Of a stretch of DNA of 42,027 nt, positions 26,133 through 35,430 are shown piece by piece. The stretch is from a virus. Taxonomy: Duplodnaviria; Caudoviricetes. The stretch spans positions 1 to 42,027 of the IMG/VR virus record IMGVR_UViG_3300047491_000179; one strand, given 5' to 3'. The position numbers and the translations under genes are program-made. The notes beneath the pieces are model-generated. The model made no database searches and was not told the origin of the DNA. It saw only the letters and a program-made list of their open reading frames with translations. How positions within the stretch are numbered: the stretch's first letter is position 1; each line of letters opens with the position of its first letter.

Positions 26133-28646
26133 TTACCCTTGCATATTCGGCATCACGCCCGTTTCCAATAATAACTTAGCTCGTTCTAAAGCTTTATCCT
26201 GCGCTGTTTCTCCAACGAGCTCTTTGATTTCATCCCACACCGCTTTATCTTTGACACAAGCCTTCAACGCCATGACGACCTCTTTTGGCAGTTGCTTGCC
26301 AGCCATCGCTTCCACAAACGGGCTTGTCTGTAAATAATCGTCTTCGGGAAACCCCAGACCGTTATCAATTAATATCATTCGCTTGTCGTCGTCTGGATGC
26401 GTGCGATAATTTCCTGTATGCCTGTCGGTTTGACACATAATAAAATCTAATGTGCCAGCTTTCGCCACCCATAGCGTGTCGTATTCGCTCACGTCCTCAG
26501 ACGGCTTTGAGCCTTTCACGTAATACACCACAGCACCCGCTTCCTTGTTGTACTCGGTAACGAATGCCACAGGCACAAGATAAAATTGCAATAATCGGTC
26601 TAACAAATATGCGGCTTCTTCCCTCAGGTATTGCCCACCGCCAACACGCTCAATTAATGTATCGACTTCGCCACCCTCTGGCTTCCATAGCGCAGGTACA
26701 GGTGTCATCCCGTCTTGTTTCAAAGCAACAATGTCGAGCGAATTTGCATGGTGGTCGTTCGGATACGGTATATCCGCAATGTTCACAACCTGAGCCCCAT
26801 AATAGCCATCATCTTCTGCTGATACGCCCACGCCTTTCTGCGTTTCCACCAACTGGCTTAGTAAGGTGTAATAGCTCGGATTCTCTTTTAGATGCGCTAA
26901 CGCAATACGCCCTTCTATCATCGGGTCGCCCTGCGTAATGTCTTCGTGCTCTTGCTCTTCCTGCAACCCCAACCTAAATTGCTCGAGGTCTATTTCATCC
27001 CATTTCACGCCAAGCGCATCTCCTATTTCCCTAGCCCTCGCTGTATTTATTTTAGCTTTTGGAGCAAACTTTCCACCGTGCTGGTGCGGGTGTTGCATCT
27101 GTACGCTTATGAATTTGGTTGTTAGTCTGCCATCATTCAGCATCGTTGCGGCACTATCACGGTTCTTTTCGTCTTGCTCCGCGTCCTTCTCTTTTTCTCC
27201 AGACGCGAGATAATCGCTAAGTTTTATCAAACCCCCACCAGACACCATGAACCGTTCATCGCCACCGTCTATCGGTTCTCTGCCCATCTCGGACAGCGCA
27301 TCGTTCAACGTAATGACGCCTGACCTAAATAAGTCCAATGTATTCTTGGTGTGGATTTGTGGGTCTATATTCTCTGCCACCTGTCCCAGCTCGAACTTGT
27401 CTGTAATCCCAAACCTGCCGAATATCTCGTTGAGGCATCCTTCTAGATATAGCTTCAACGGTGACAATCCCATGCGATACAACGTGTTTTGCATCATGTC
27501 GCCGAAGCCCTTCCCACCCAAGCCAGAGCCAGGCATCTTCCCCCACTCTGACGGAGGTATGCCGTAAGCCAAACTTAGGTTATCTCTTGCCTGCTCATAC
27601 AATGTTTTCGGGAAGTCTGGCTTCTTCGTAGGTACGTAATTGAACCCGCTCGGCACCAGTCTAATGCGATTCCTTTCCGCTAAACCGCTCATCTGTCTGG
27701 CGTTTATCGTCTGTTCGTAGAGGTCTATCTGCTCTAACGTCCAGCCCTCAGGCGCTTGCATAAGCCCTTCCGGCATGTTCCCTTCCCTGTAATGCGCTAA
27801 CTCAAAGCCTGAGATGTTTGCGATTATAAGCACCCATGCCCATGACATTTCTATAGGTGACATTCCATACGGCGCGTTATAACGCCGGAACCGCGGCCTG
27901 TACCACATTTCATCTTGCGAGTACCACCCGAACGGCGTTCCTTTTATGACCTGCACAAACGCTGGCGTACTAGGGGCTTTGAATAGATTATTCACATCCA
28001 AATACTTGTTTAATTTACTCTGGTAGTCTGGCGCATTTATGATAACCGGGTCTTTTGCGTCTGGTAGTGGAAGCTCGCCGTGCTGGTCAACAAGCACGAA
28101 GATTGTACTCCCGTCCACATATCTAAGGTTTTTCAGTTTTCCGAGCGTTTGTTCTATGTACAACGTCCCCGCGTCAAACACCAGCGCGGATTGCAAGAAT
28201 CTAGATGCCCACACAGTAAATGGGTTGACGCCGTCGGGTCTATCCAAGAATCCCTTATAAGGATGGTCTACAATTTGATTACCGTCTTTATCCACAAACC
28301 TTGGCGTAAAATTCGTGACTTCCTTCACCAACGTATTTACACACATCCTGATTTCTGATACATTCTCATAGGCTTCCGCAAGAGCGGCAAACGGCATCAG
28401 CCCGTAATTTGTCCGTGGTTGTATCGTTGCATTCACAGCCACAGGATAATCTATTTCTCGCGGTATGCCTTCCTCTATCGGATGGCTTATCGGTCTGATG
28501 GGCCAGCCCGGCGCATACGTTGTCTGTAACCATGCATCTGGCAACGGTGCCACATTTGGCTTAGGTGCTGGCGGCACCGGAGCTGTCGGTATTGGCACCT
28601 GCATTACTTGTGCCATAGCTTTCAATATGTCATTACGTATGCCCAT
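26133..28646 (-). CDS. Portal protein with C-terminal DUF5661-like and kinase-like domains
   Basis: LRYVDGSTI, YGMSPIE, GNMPEG, AYGIPPSEWG, GVITLNDA...PIDGGD; then EEQEH...IALAHLKE.P.YY; WKP, REEAAYLLD, DRHTGN, LIDNGLGF. Confidence 0.88.
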   Translation of the reverse strand: MGIRNDILKAMAQVMQVPIPTAPVPPAPKPNVAPLPDAWLQTTYAPGWPIRPISHPIEEGIPREIDYPVAVNATIQPRTNYGLMPFAALAEAYENVSEIRMCVNTLVKEVTNFTPRFVDKDGNQIVDHPYKGFLDRPDGVNPFTVWASRFLQSALVFDAGTLYIEQTLGKLKNLRYVDGSTIFVLVDQHGELPLPDAKDPVIINAPDYQSKLNKYLDVNNLFKAPSTPAFVQVIKGTPFGWYSQDEMWYRPRFRRYNAPYGMSPIEMSWAWVLIIANISGFELAHYREGNMPEGLMQAPEGWTLEQIDLYEQTINARQMSGLAERNRIRLVPSGFNYVPTKKPDFPKTLYEQARDNLSLAYGIPPSEWGKMPGSGLGGKGFGDMMQNTLYRMGLSPLKLYLEGCLNEIFGRFGITDKFELGQVAENIDPQIHTKNTLDLFRSGVITLNDALSEMGREPIDGGDERFMVSGGGLIKLSDYLASGEKEKDAEQDEKNRDSAATMLNDGRLTTKFISVQMQHPHQHGGKFAPKAKINTARAREIGDALGVKWDEIDLEQFRLGLQEEQEHEDITQGDPMIEGRIALAHLKENPSYYTLLSQLVETQKGVGVSAEDDGYYGAQVVNIADIPYPNDHHANSLDIVALKQDGMTPVPALWKPEGGEVDTLIERVGGGQYLREEAAYLLDRLLQFYLVPVAFVTEYNKEAGAVVYYVKGSKPSEDVSEYDTLWVAKAGTLDFIMCQTDRHTGNYRTHPDDDKRMILIDNGLGFPEDDYLQTSPFVEAMAGKQLPKEVVMALKACVKDKAVWDEIKELVGETAQDKALERAKLLLETGVMPNMQG

Positions 28647-28663
28647 GATTTATCCTGTCACCT

Positions 28664-29881
28664 TTATATGTTCAACTCATAAAATTCGAGTTGTTTGGCT
28701 AACCTGATTGCATTACCAGACACGTTTGTCGTTCTATATAGGTATGCCGTGTTTGGCTTCATCACGATTTCTGTGCCCTGCCTGATGAACCCGCCCGCTT
28801 TCCCACCACCTGTACCGCCCGGCAGATAAAATGTAAACAGCAACGTTCCCACAGATGTTATCGTTGCGCCCGCCCTGATTACGGTAGTGGGCGTCGTGGC
28901 TACATTTCTATTCAAATTTGTTGGCGTCAATACCGTCCCGTTGCTCCCTACAGCATCCTCGTAGATGTTCAACGTACAAGCCCCCTCAGCTTGGATAGCA
29001 GACACTAAGTGACACATATCACTACCCGTCACAATATAACAGTCAGAATCGCCGCTGTTCGCCAGCGAAGGCACAGCTATTGATGTTGTCCATAACGCCC
29101 CCTGATGTACGTACTCGTGCACATAATCCGTGGTCACCTGCAAATTCGACCCGTTGACGCCTTCCATCATCTCGTACAACACCTCTTTTAGCGACACAGT
29201 CAGATAACCTGACGATAGCGATGCGGGCAACCCAGCCCCAAAGAACGCCTTGATTGCCTTCAATAAACCAACTAACGTGGTAGCCGTAGATGCGTCTGTG
29301 GTCTGCCCAACTGTCGGGTCATGCGTTGCCAGCGCATTGTCACCAGCAGAAACAGATGTCGACATCGCCACCCTCGCAGTCAATGCGCTGTCACCGCTCT
29401 TGATTTCTGACGTCACACCTGCTGATAACGATACAGGCATTGGCGTCCCTGATGTATCGCCCTGTACTGTAAGCACACCGCCCGCTGGAGTTCCCGCAGT
29501 CCCAGCACCGCCTATTCTCAAATAATGCGTTACGGCGTTTCTGACATCTGCCAGTATCGCTACCAACCCACGAACATGCGAGTTTACCGTTCCCGTTGCA
29601 TCTACCGCAACGGCGGGGTCATCGGTTTGCCCTGTTGTAGGGTCTTTTACGGCGACAGCATGCGAGCTCGCTGTTATCGCCGTAGCAACAGCTACGTTGG
29701 CTTGGGTAGCTGTCAGGTCATCCTTCACTGTAACGGCGCCAAGGGTGATTGCCCCTGTGGATATCGTGGCGTTTACGTCTAGCGAATATGTACCGTCCCC
29801 ATTATCAACAGCCTTGACAGGTATCTGCTTTGCTGTTTCGTCATAAAATACTAGATGTTTATCAGTCATAATATCCTCCAA
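28664..29881 (-). CDS. Ala/Thr/Val/Gly-rich putative virion (decoration/fibre-like) protein
   Basis: Low-complexity beta-rich sequence with an internal repeat (DPTTGQTDD/DPTVGQTTD); lies between terminase and portal. Confidence 0.55.
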   Translation of the reverse strand: MEDIMTDKHLVFYDETAKQIPVKAVDNGDGTYSLDVNATISTGAITLGAVTVKDDLTATQANVAVATAITASSHAVAVKDPTTGQTDDPAVAVDATGTVNSHVRGLVAILADVRNAVTHYLRIGGAGTAGTPAGGVLTVQGDTSGTPMPVSLSAGVTSEIKSGDSALTARVAMSTSVSAGDNALATHDPTVGQTTDASTATTLVGLLKAIKAFFGAGLPASLSSGYLTVSLKEVLYEMMEGVNGSNLQVTTDYVHEYVHQGALWTTSIAVPSLANSGDSDCYIVTGSDMCHLVSAIQAEGACTLNIYEDAVGSNGTVLTPTNLNRNVATTPTTVIRAGATITSVGTLLFTFYLPGGTGGGKAGGFIRQGTEIVMKPNTAYLYRTTNVSGNAIRLAKQLEFYELNI

Positions 29882-29890
29882 TTACTTAAC

Positions 29891-29919
29891 AATATATACC
29901 ATTCCTGTTCATCGGTCAA
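29891..29919 (-). promoter_or_regulatory. Candidate promoter for head genes
   Basis: TTGACC-17-TATATT. Confidence 0.45.
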
Positions 29920-31381
29920 CTGGCAGTTTCACGCCTGACTTTTCACTATACTCTAACAAGTCCGCTGGTACGCTTTCTGCCCTGATTACTCCTTTTTTGT
30001 ATCGCTCAAGCTCTTCGCTCGTTACCGTATACGGGCTTGCAAGTTCGTTGAACGCGCCACTTGTCGCATCCATGATGTCGTCGTGCTTCATGTCGGGTTG
30101 TGAATGCATGTGGTTTATCCATTCATCATTCCATGAGCCCGCCAACAAGTACACGTTCCCAGCCTCTGATTGAGCGGCAAATGGCTTCGCTCTCGATATT
30201 TTGTCACCGCTTGGGGCAACACCCCTTGCGTCAAACCCGATAAGCAAACCCGCAATATACAAGCTGTCTCTTTTGCCGCTCGCGCCACCTTCGCGCTCCC
30301 ACCTGACTACGTATCTTGTCCCCATCTTACTCGCCTCGTATAAATCCTGCCTCGCAAGGTTGGCAATCGCTCTGTCTGTGTCCGTAGGCGATATCCTTTG
30401 CGCCGTCATGTCCAGAACGTAAAACTTACCATCCACAAACCGCATTTTTACGGACGCGGTATAGTCGGGGTCACTTCCCTTGAACTTCGCCTCGGTAGCG
30501 GCTAAATCCCAAAAACGGCAATCAACACCGCCGTTCGGTACTGCGTCTACGATTTTATACCATTCTCGGTTGAACAACTTGCCCTCCGCTTCGCGTATCT
30601 TCCAGTTCCCGCCTCGTATTGGGTCGCCTAACAACCTCTCTCTATCCACCAATGGCAATGCCTGCAACGACGCCAAATAGCCCGGGTCTTTCGCAGTAAG
30701 TATCGGATTGTCATAGATAGTGAACGGCACAAACGTGACTGTCTTTGGGTCTTTATCTGGGAACTGCTCTCTCAACTCCTGTTTCGTGTCAGCCCAATAC
30801 ATCTCTCCGTTATCGCCTCGCACAAACGCGCGTATCTTCCCCGCCCTCTCCATGTCTGCGTACCCGTCGGGCGCTATCCACCAATCCAAAAATTTTGCCA
30901 ACCAATTCGGCTCTGGGTTCGCGGTAGCTCTTAGGTACGAGTTGACACTACACACGCTCCTGTTCCTCGACAACATGTAAAAGAACTGCCTCTCGGTAAA
31001 CGTTTCTAACTGGTCGAACATTAGCAACGCGACCTGCGCCGATTTCCAATTGCTTAATGATTGCTCGTTGGTTAAATGCCCAAAACCTATTTTGGACTTC
31101 GCGAATCGATACTCCAACTTACCAGCGTTCGGCACACCGCCGAACATTGGGTATAGTTCGTTCGCGTAATCCCAAACGCCACCTGTTTTTGTAATTTCTG
31201 GGTATGTCCGTCTTAGCATGACGGAATTAAATTTGTTTGTCTGGAAATGGCGCAACGGCTCCAATAACAATGCGTAAGTTTTTCCCCCGCCAGCGGCACC
31301 TCCCCCTATAGCTATGTCCGCTTCACTAGCTAAGAACTCCTCTTGCTTGTCATGTAGCCGAATCTCAACATCGTCATTCAC
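29909..31381 (-). CDS. terL: Terminase large subunit
   Basis: GGAAGGGKT, LRRTYPEI, ATANP, FWDLAA, DYTA, HDDIMDA. Confidence 0.93.
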   Translation of the reverse strand: MNDDVEIRLHDKQEEFLASEADIAIGGGAAGGGKTYALLLEPLRHFQTNKFNSVMLRRTYPEITKTGGVWDYANELYPMFGGVPNAGKLEYRFAKSKIGFGHLTNEQSLSNWKSAQVALLMFDQLETFTERQFFYMLSRNRSVCSVNSYLRATANPEPNWLAKFLDWWIAPDGYADMERAGKIRAFVRGDNGEMYWADTKQELREQFPDKDPKTVTFVPFTIYDNPILTAKDPGYLASLQALPLVDRERLLGDPIRGGNWKIREAEGKLFNREWYKIVDAVPNGGVDCRFWDLAATEAKFKGSDPDYTASVKMRFVDGKFYVLDMTAQRISPTDTDRAIANLARQDLYEASKMGTRYVVRWEREGGASGKRDSLYIAGLLIGFDARGVAPSGDKISRAKPFAAQSEAGNVYLLAGSWNDEWINHMHSQPDMKHDDIMDATSGAFNELASPYTVTSEELERYKKGVIRAESVPADLLEYSEKSGVKLPVDR

Positions 31382-31763
31382 GCTTGTTGTCCGGTAAATA
31401 CAATGTGACTTTTACAGGCTCAGTTGTTCTCAAACTCACATCGCTCTGCACTTCGGTTCTTTCCACCCATCCGCATTGGGTTTTCAGGAAGAATATCATA
31501 GCTGTCACATGCCCCTGCACGTTCGGGTCTAAACACGAACGATAAAACTCGCTTTCTACCGCGTCCTTCATCTCGTCACGCGAATCTTCCATGACTTCTA
31601 ATAGCTTCTTATGCGCAAATATAAATCTCCGCACATGGCTTCGTGACCAGCCGACCGCTTTTGCTACCGACGACACGTTACCACGCTTCTCTTTGATTTT
31701 AGCTTCCAGCAAAGCAACGGTTAATTTCTTCCTTTTTATGGTGTCCTTTTGTTCTTCTGACAT
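31374..31763 (-). CDS. terS: Terminase small subunit
   Basis: HTH GNVSSVAKAVGWSR, AMIFFLKT..GWVE; directly upstream of terL. Confidence 0.8.
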   Translation of the reverse strand: MSEEQKDTIKRKKLTVALLEAKIKEKRGNVSSVAKAVGWSRSHVRRFIFAHKKLLEVMEDSRDEMKDAVESEFYRSCLDPNVQGHVTAMIFFLKTQCGWVERTEVQSDVSLRTTEPVKVTLYLPDNKRE

Positions 31764-31779
31764 TGTCGTCCTTCTTTAT

Positions 31780-32496
31780 CTAAAAGCTCAAACTCACCGT
31801 GTACTCTGAGTTTTTTCTCGCTATTCTGTGAATGAAGCCGGGATACATCTTTATCAGCATCTCGATTGCCTGCTCTTCTACTTCGTGCGTTCGATAATCC
31901 TTGCATCCTCCCTCATCCTCCCAATGGCTGTTCACCCAATATACGTATCGTATTCCCGCCAGACCGCCGTCCTCTTTGATGCAACGTAGGCATATCTCGT
32001 AGTCTTCCTTGACCTTAAATCTTTCGTCGAACCGTATCCCTGTGTCATTTCTGATGCCCATCATCGACGCGGTGACATACGTCCTGAAGTTTATCGGCTT
32101 GTATGGAAAGGTTCCCTTCAAGCTACCGTCTGTGTTCACACCCCATATCCGGTAATTCATTTGCTCGGTGAGGTCGAACATACGTATGAACTCTCTCTCC
32201 CATTGTTCGCTCGTCATACTGTACGTTTTTGCAAAACTCTCGAATAGCCGAAAGTACCCCTGTACCTTTACGTCATCGTCGACCATGACAACCCAATCAT
32301 CATTACAATTGTCGAGTACCCAATTTCTTGTAGCTGTAATACCCTTTACGCTTGAAGGCACGCCGACAACCCTTTCACCATAAACACGAACATAATCATC
32401 ACGCTCATATTCAGGCACGAATAGCACACCGTTCTTTAGTATCTTGAGCGTTTTGACGCGTCCTGCTCTGCCTTTACTTGGTATCGCGATTAGCAT
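31780..32496 (-). CDS. TAGT/GREB1-like GT-A glycosyltransferase
   Basis: IAIPSKGR, RNWVLD, MVDDD, KEDYEICLR, EGGC. Confidence 0.8.
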   Translation of the reverse strand: MLIAIPSKGRAGRVKTLKILKNGVLFVPEYERDDYVRVYGERVVGVPSSVKGITATRNWVLDNCNDDWVVMVDDDVKVQGYFRLFESFAKTYSMTSEQWEREFIRMFDLTEQMNYRIWGVNTDGSLKGTFPYKPINFRTYVTASMMGIRNDTGIRFDERFKVKEDYEICLRCIKEDGGLAGIRYVYWVNSHWEDEGGCKDYRTHEVEEQAIEMLIKMYPGFIHRIARKNSEYTVSLSF

Positions 32497-33121
32497 TGAC
32501 CCGCTCCATAAACTTCTCTGCCGTAATCAACCGCTCTGCTCCAGCGTCATTGAAAGCCGACCCCTCTTTGTATCCCCCACGCCTAACCATCCCCAATCCT
32601 AAATAGGCTCGGATAGCGTCAAAATCCTCGTTTGTTTTGCAAACAATCATCACGTACTCTTGCTCTGGCAATAACTGCACAGACCGCTTCAGCAAAACCT
32701 CTTCGGTTTTATCCTCGACTTCTTTATGTAACTTGTCTAACGTGTAAACAATCCCCTCATTTTCGGTTTGTATGCCATCTATCAGACTGTTCAAAGCTTT
32801 CTGGTCTGCATCTGCCATTTCTGCAATCGGGTCTAGTGTCGCAAGCACTATATCTTCTTCCTCTGGCGTAAGCTTGACATACTTCACGGGGACTTCCTTT
32901 TCTTTATGCTTTTTAGCAAGCTCATACCGCAAGTGCCCGTCAATGAGATTTCCTGTTACTTCATTCACAATCAATTCCTGCACCCAACCGACGGTTTCCA
33001 ACACGCCGCTCAATGCAACTTGCTGATATTCTGGATGTAGTCGCCAGTTTTTAGGGTTTTTCTTAATATCCTCTACGGGCATAACTCCGTTACCCGTAAT
33101 TCGATTTCTCCACTCAGCCAT
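32474..33121 (-). CDS. ParB-N domain protein
   Basis: NPKNWRLH, GWVQELIVN..TGNLIDGHLR. Confidence 0.88.
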   Translation of the reverse strand: MAEWRNRITGNGVMPVEDIKKNPKNWRLHPEYQQVALSGVLETVGWVQELIVNEVTGNLIDGHLRYELAKKHKEKEVPVKYVKLTPEEEDIVLATLDPIAEMADADQKALNSLIDGIQTENEGIVYTLDKLHKEVEDKTEEVLLKRSVQLLPEQEYVMIVCKTNEDFDAIRAYLGLGMVRRGGYKEGSAFNDAGAERLITAEKFMERVNANRDTK

Positions 33122-33974
33122 TTCTCACCGCCCACTCCTGCAACTGTTTCCACTTGGGTTCGTCACCCTTGAACGCGTTTTCTATAATCTCTGCCGTCTC
33201 TGCCGGAACGCCCGACACGTCAAATATATCACGCAACGGCACCCACTCTTTATCCACCTCTTGCCCGAGGTATTCAAGGCACACCCTACTCATCATACCC
33301 AATATCACACCGAACGCGTGAATGTCATACTCTTTTCCCAACCGACGAATCAGGTACTTCAACAGCTTTATCCGCTCTAACTCGGCATGGTACATCTCGG
33401 TTTCCTCTAATGAGAAATTCTCTACCATTTGTTCGCAAGCTTTCTTGAACAAAGCCTCATCACTAGGAAAGAGGTTTATCCATATCGTTTTGTACTCTAA
33501 ACCCAAGTCTACCGTTTCGGCACGGGCTTGTTCTAGCTTCTCGTACAAAGCATTGGAATCCAAGAACGCCTCCAGCCTCGACTCGATGTCACTAATCGTC
33601 TCGTATATCTCTTTCAACGTGTCTGGGTCATCCGACCCCTGAATGGAATTATGCGCCAACTGCTTACCTTTTATCTGGTCACGCGACAGGTTAGACACGT
33701 CGACCAACACAAACAACTCTTCTAATCCAGCCATCTTGGCGGCTCTCACCCTGTGATGCCCTGAAACAATTTCGATAGTCTGCTTACCACCGTTATCTTT
33801 AAGCGCGCAAAACGGGACAGACTCCAACCTTCCATCCCGCCCTATCGTCATCGCCAACCTTTGTATCGCATCGCCTGACATCACCCGAGCGTTTTTGTTC
33901 TGCTCCCGCAGTTCGTTGATGCTCGCTTTCCACAACTCTAACCCATGCCCTAATTCGTACACTTTCTCAGCCAC
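33114..33974 (-). CDS. ParB-N domain protein
   Basis: KNARVM, IVSGHHRVRAA, QLAHNSIQG. Confidence 0.88.
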   Translation of the reverse strand: MAEKVYELGHGLELWKASINELREQNKNARVMSGDAIQRLAMTIGRDGRLESVPFCALKDNGGKQTIEIVSGHHRVRAAKMAGLEELFVLVDVSNLSRDQIKGKQLAHNSIQGSDDPDTLKEIYETISDIESRLEAFLDSNALYEKLEQARAETVDLGLEYKTIWINLFPSDEALFKKACEQMVENFSLEETEMYHAELERIKLLKYLIRRLGKEYDIHAFGVILGMMSRVCLEYLGQEVDKEWVPLRDIFDVSGVPAETAEIIENAFKGDEPKWKQLQEWAVRNG

Positions 33975-35346
33975 GCGATTTCTCCTTCCACTTTTCTAGC
34001 CAATCGCTCAATAGTTCACCCCAATGTTTTCCATTCCACTCGGTTTCATACTGCAAAAGGAAGCCACCGTTCTTTTCTTCTCGCTTTATCAACTTCATAA
34101 CGCCCCTGTCGGTTTTACCCTCGTGCCTCTTTGTGGGGCTGGATGTCCTGATACCTTTAGGCTCGCGCATCTCGAGGATAATGTACTTCGAGAGTATCCA
34201 ATCCCTAAAGTCAACACTCGTCAACATAAGCATAAATAGCTTACCTATCCTCATATATCTTTCGCACGTTTTGCTTATGCCATAGACTTCATATATGTAC
34301 TCGACCTTACCCAAATACACATCACGCACAGCCAGCCCCCACACGGTTGTAACCCTACCGTCTATCAGCATAACACCGTTCAAATCCGCAACCGTCAAAC
34401 CTAACCCGTGAACAAACAAATCGCGGTAATACTCAGCTTCATTGGCTTTGATTAACTCAAAACTTATCTTGCTGTCTGGCCTGATTTCCTGTTCTTGATA
34501 TATCTCGTATGGAGCGGTTGGCACTTTTTTGACGGTATTCTGAATAAACCTATCGTCCAAATCCCTGTTTGTCAGAACGTATGAAGTCCTCTTCCCTCTA
34601 ACCTCTGCGAACACTTTGTGCCATTTGTCGCTGAATCTGTCAGGATAAGATGTCCATATGCACATCAAAGATGGCACATTGGTCATGCCGTCGAACGTTT
34701 CACTTAATTCATTTGGCCCCAATTCTTTTATCGGCTCCGGTTTCCAACCGAGTAAAGTTGCTGGGTCTTCATACGATTTTGTGTATACCCTGCTCCCACT
34801 AGGCGGGGTCATATAAAACAACGTGTTCCCTTCGATTGCTTTCATCTCAGTTAGCACGTCACGGACGTCCCTTCTTTCGTACTTCAACCCAGCGAGCGAC
34901 GTCCTCATGTCTATCAAATCCCTGACCATGTTATCCACATAAATTCTTGCGTTGGTTTTCAATTCCCTCTGCACCGACGCCATGTACGGGTTTTTCGGCT
35001 GTACCCTTAAATAATGTAAAGCTAACAAATACCACGCGGTGTATTCCATATCACTCGCGCCAACAGGCGGTGCAAAGCAACCCAAGCTGTCGGGCATGGA
35101 TAGATTTAGAGACCGCACGTTTTTGCTCCCGTCTAAACAGTACCCTATCAATGTGGAAAACAACGAGAAGTCACTTGTTTCGATTTTACTGGCAGGATAA
35201 CCCGCCGACACCAACGCACTCACCGTCGAGAACGAGCCGACGCATGGGTGTATGACGCGCTCTGGATTAGTCGACGAAACAAGCGCGGACATAAACTGCC
35301 GCGCTTTAGAATTTGTAACACCCTCGAACAAACGGAATGGGTTCAT
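33967..35346 (-). CDS. Degenerate DNA adenine methylase-like domain fused to a putative GNAT-like domain
   Basis: Motif I-like IHPCVGSFS, ETSD, motif IV-like FYMTPP; C-terminal VMLIDGRVTTVWG...YMRIGKLFM. Confidence 0.5.
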   Translation of the reverse strand: MNPFRLFEGVTNSKARQFMSALVSSTNPERVIHPCVGSFSTVSALVSAGYPASKIETSDFSLFSTLIGYCLDGSKNVRSLNLSMPDSLGCFAPPVGASDMEYTAWYLLALHYLRVQPKNPYMASVQRELKTNARIYVDNMVRDLIDMRTSLAGLKYERRDVRDVLTEMKAIEGNTLFYMTPPSGSRVYTKSYEDPATLLGWKPEPIKELGPNELSETFDGMTNVPSLMCIWTSYPDRFSDKWHKVFAEVRGKRTSYVLTNRDLDDRFIQNTVKKVPTAPYEIYQEQEIRPDSKISFELIKANEAEYYRDLFVHGLGLTVADLNGVMLIDGRVTTVWGLAVRDVYLGKVEYIYEVYGISKTCERYMRIGKLFMLMLTSVDFRDWILSKYIILEMREPKGIRTSSPTKRHEGKTDRGVMKLIKREEKNGGFLLQYETEWNGKHWGELLSDWLEKWKEKSRG

Positions 35347-35357
35347 AATATCTATAG

Positions 35358-35430
35358 TCCGGACGGGACTGTCTTGACAGCCCGTTTCTTCACCGAGTGG
35401 TGAAGCGTACTAGCCCTATACGACGTCCGG
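35358..35430 (-). ncRNA. tRNA-like cloverleaf RNA (tRNA-Glu-like) with non-canonical anticodon and T loops
   Basis: CCGGACG TC GTAT AGGGCTA GTAC G CTTCA CCACTCGG TGAAG AAAC GGGCT GTCAAGAC AGTCC CGTCCGG A; all four stems pair. Confidence 0.75.

Noticed and set aside
32474-33974. ParB genes as a plasmid partition system
   Set aside because: No ParA and no obvious parS-binding HTH; the context is the terminase-adjacent modification cluster.
35358-35430. Calling the cloverleaf a functional decoding tRNA or an attP site
   Set aside because: The anticodon and T loops are non-canonical, CCA is absent, and no integrase is present; reported as tRNA-like ncRNA instead.
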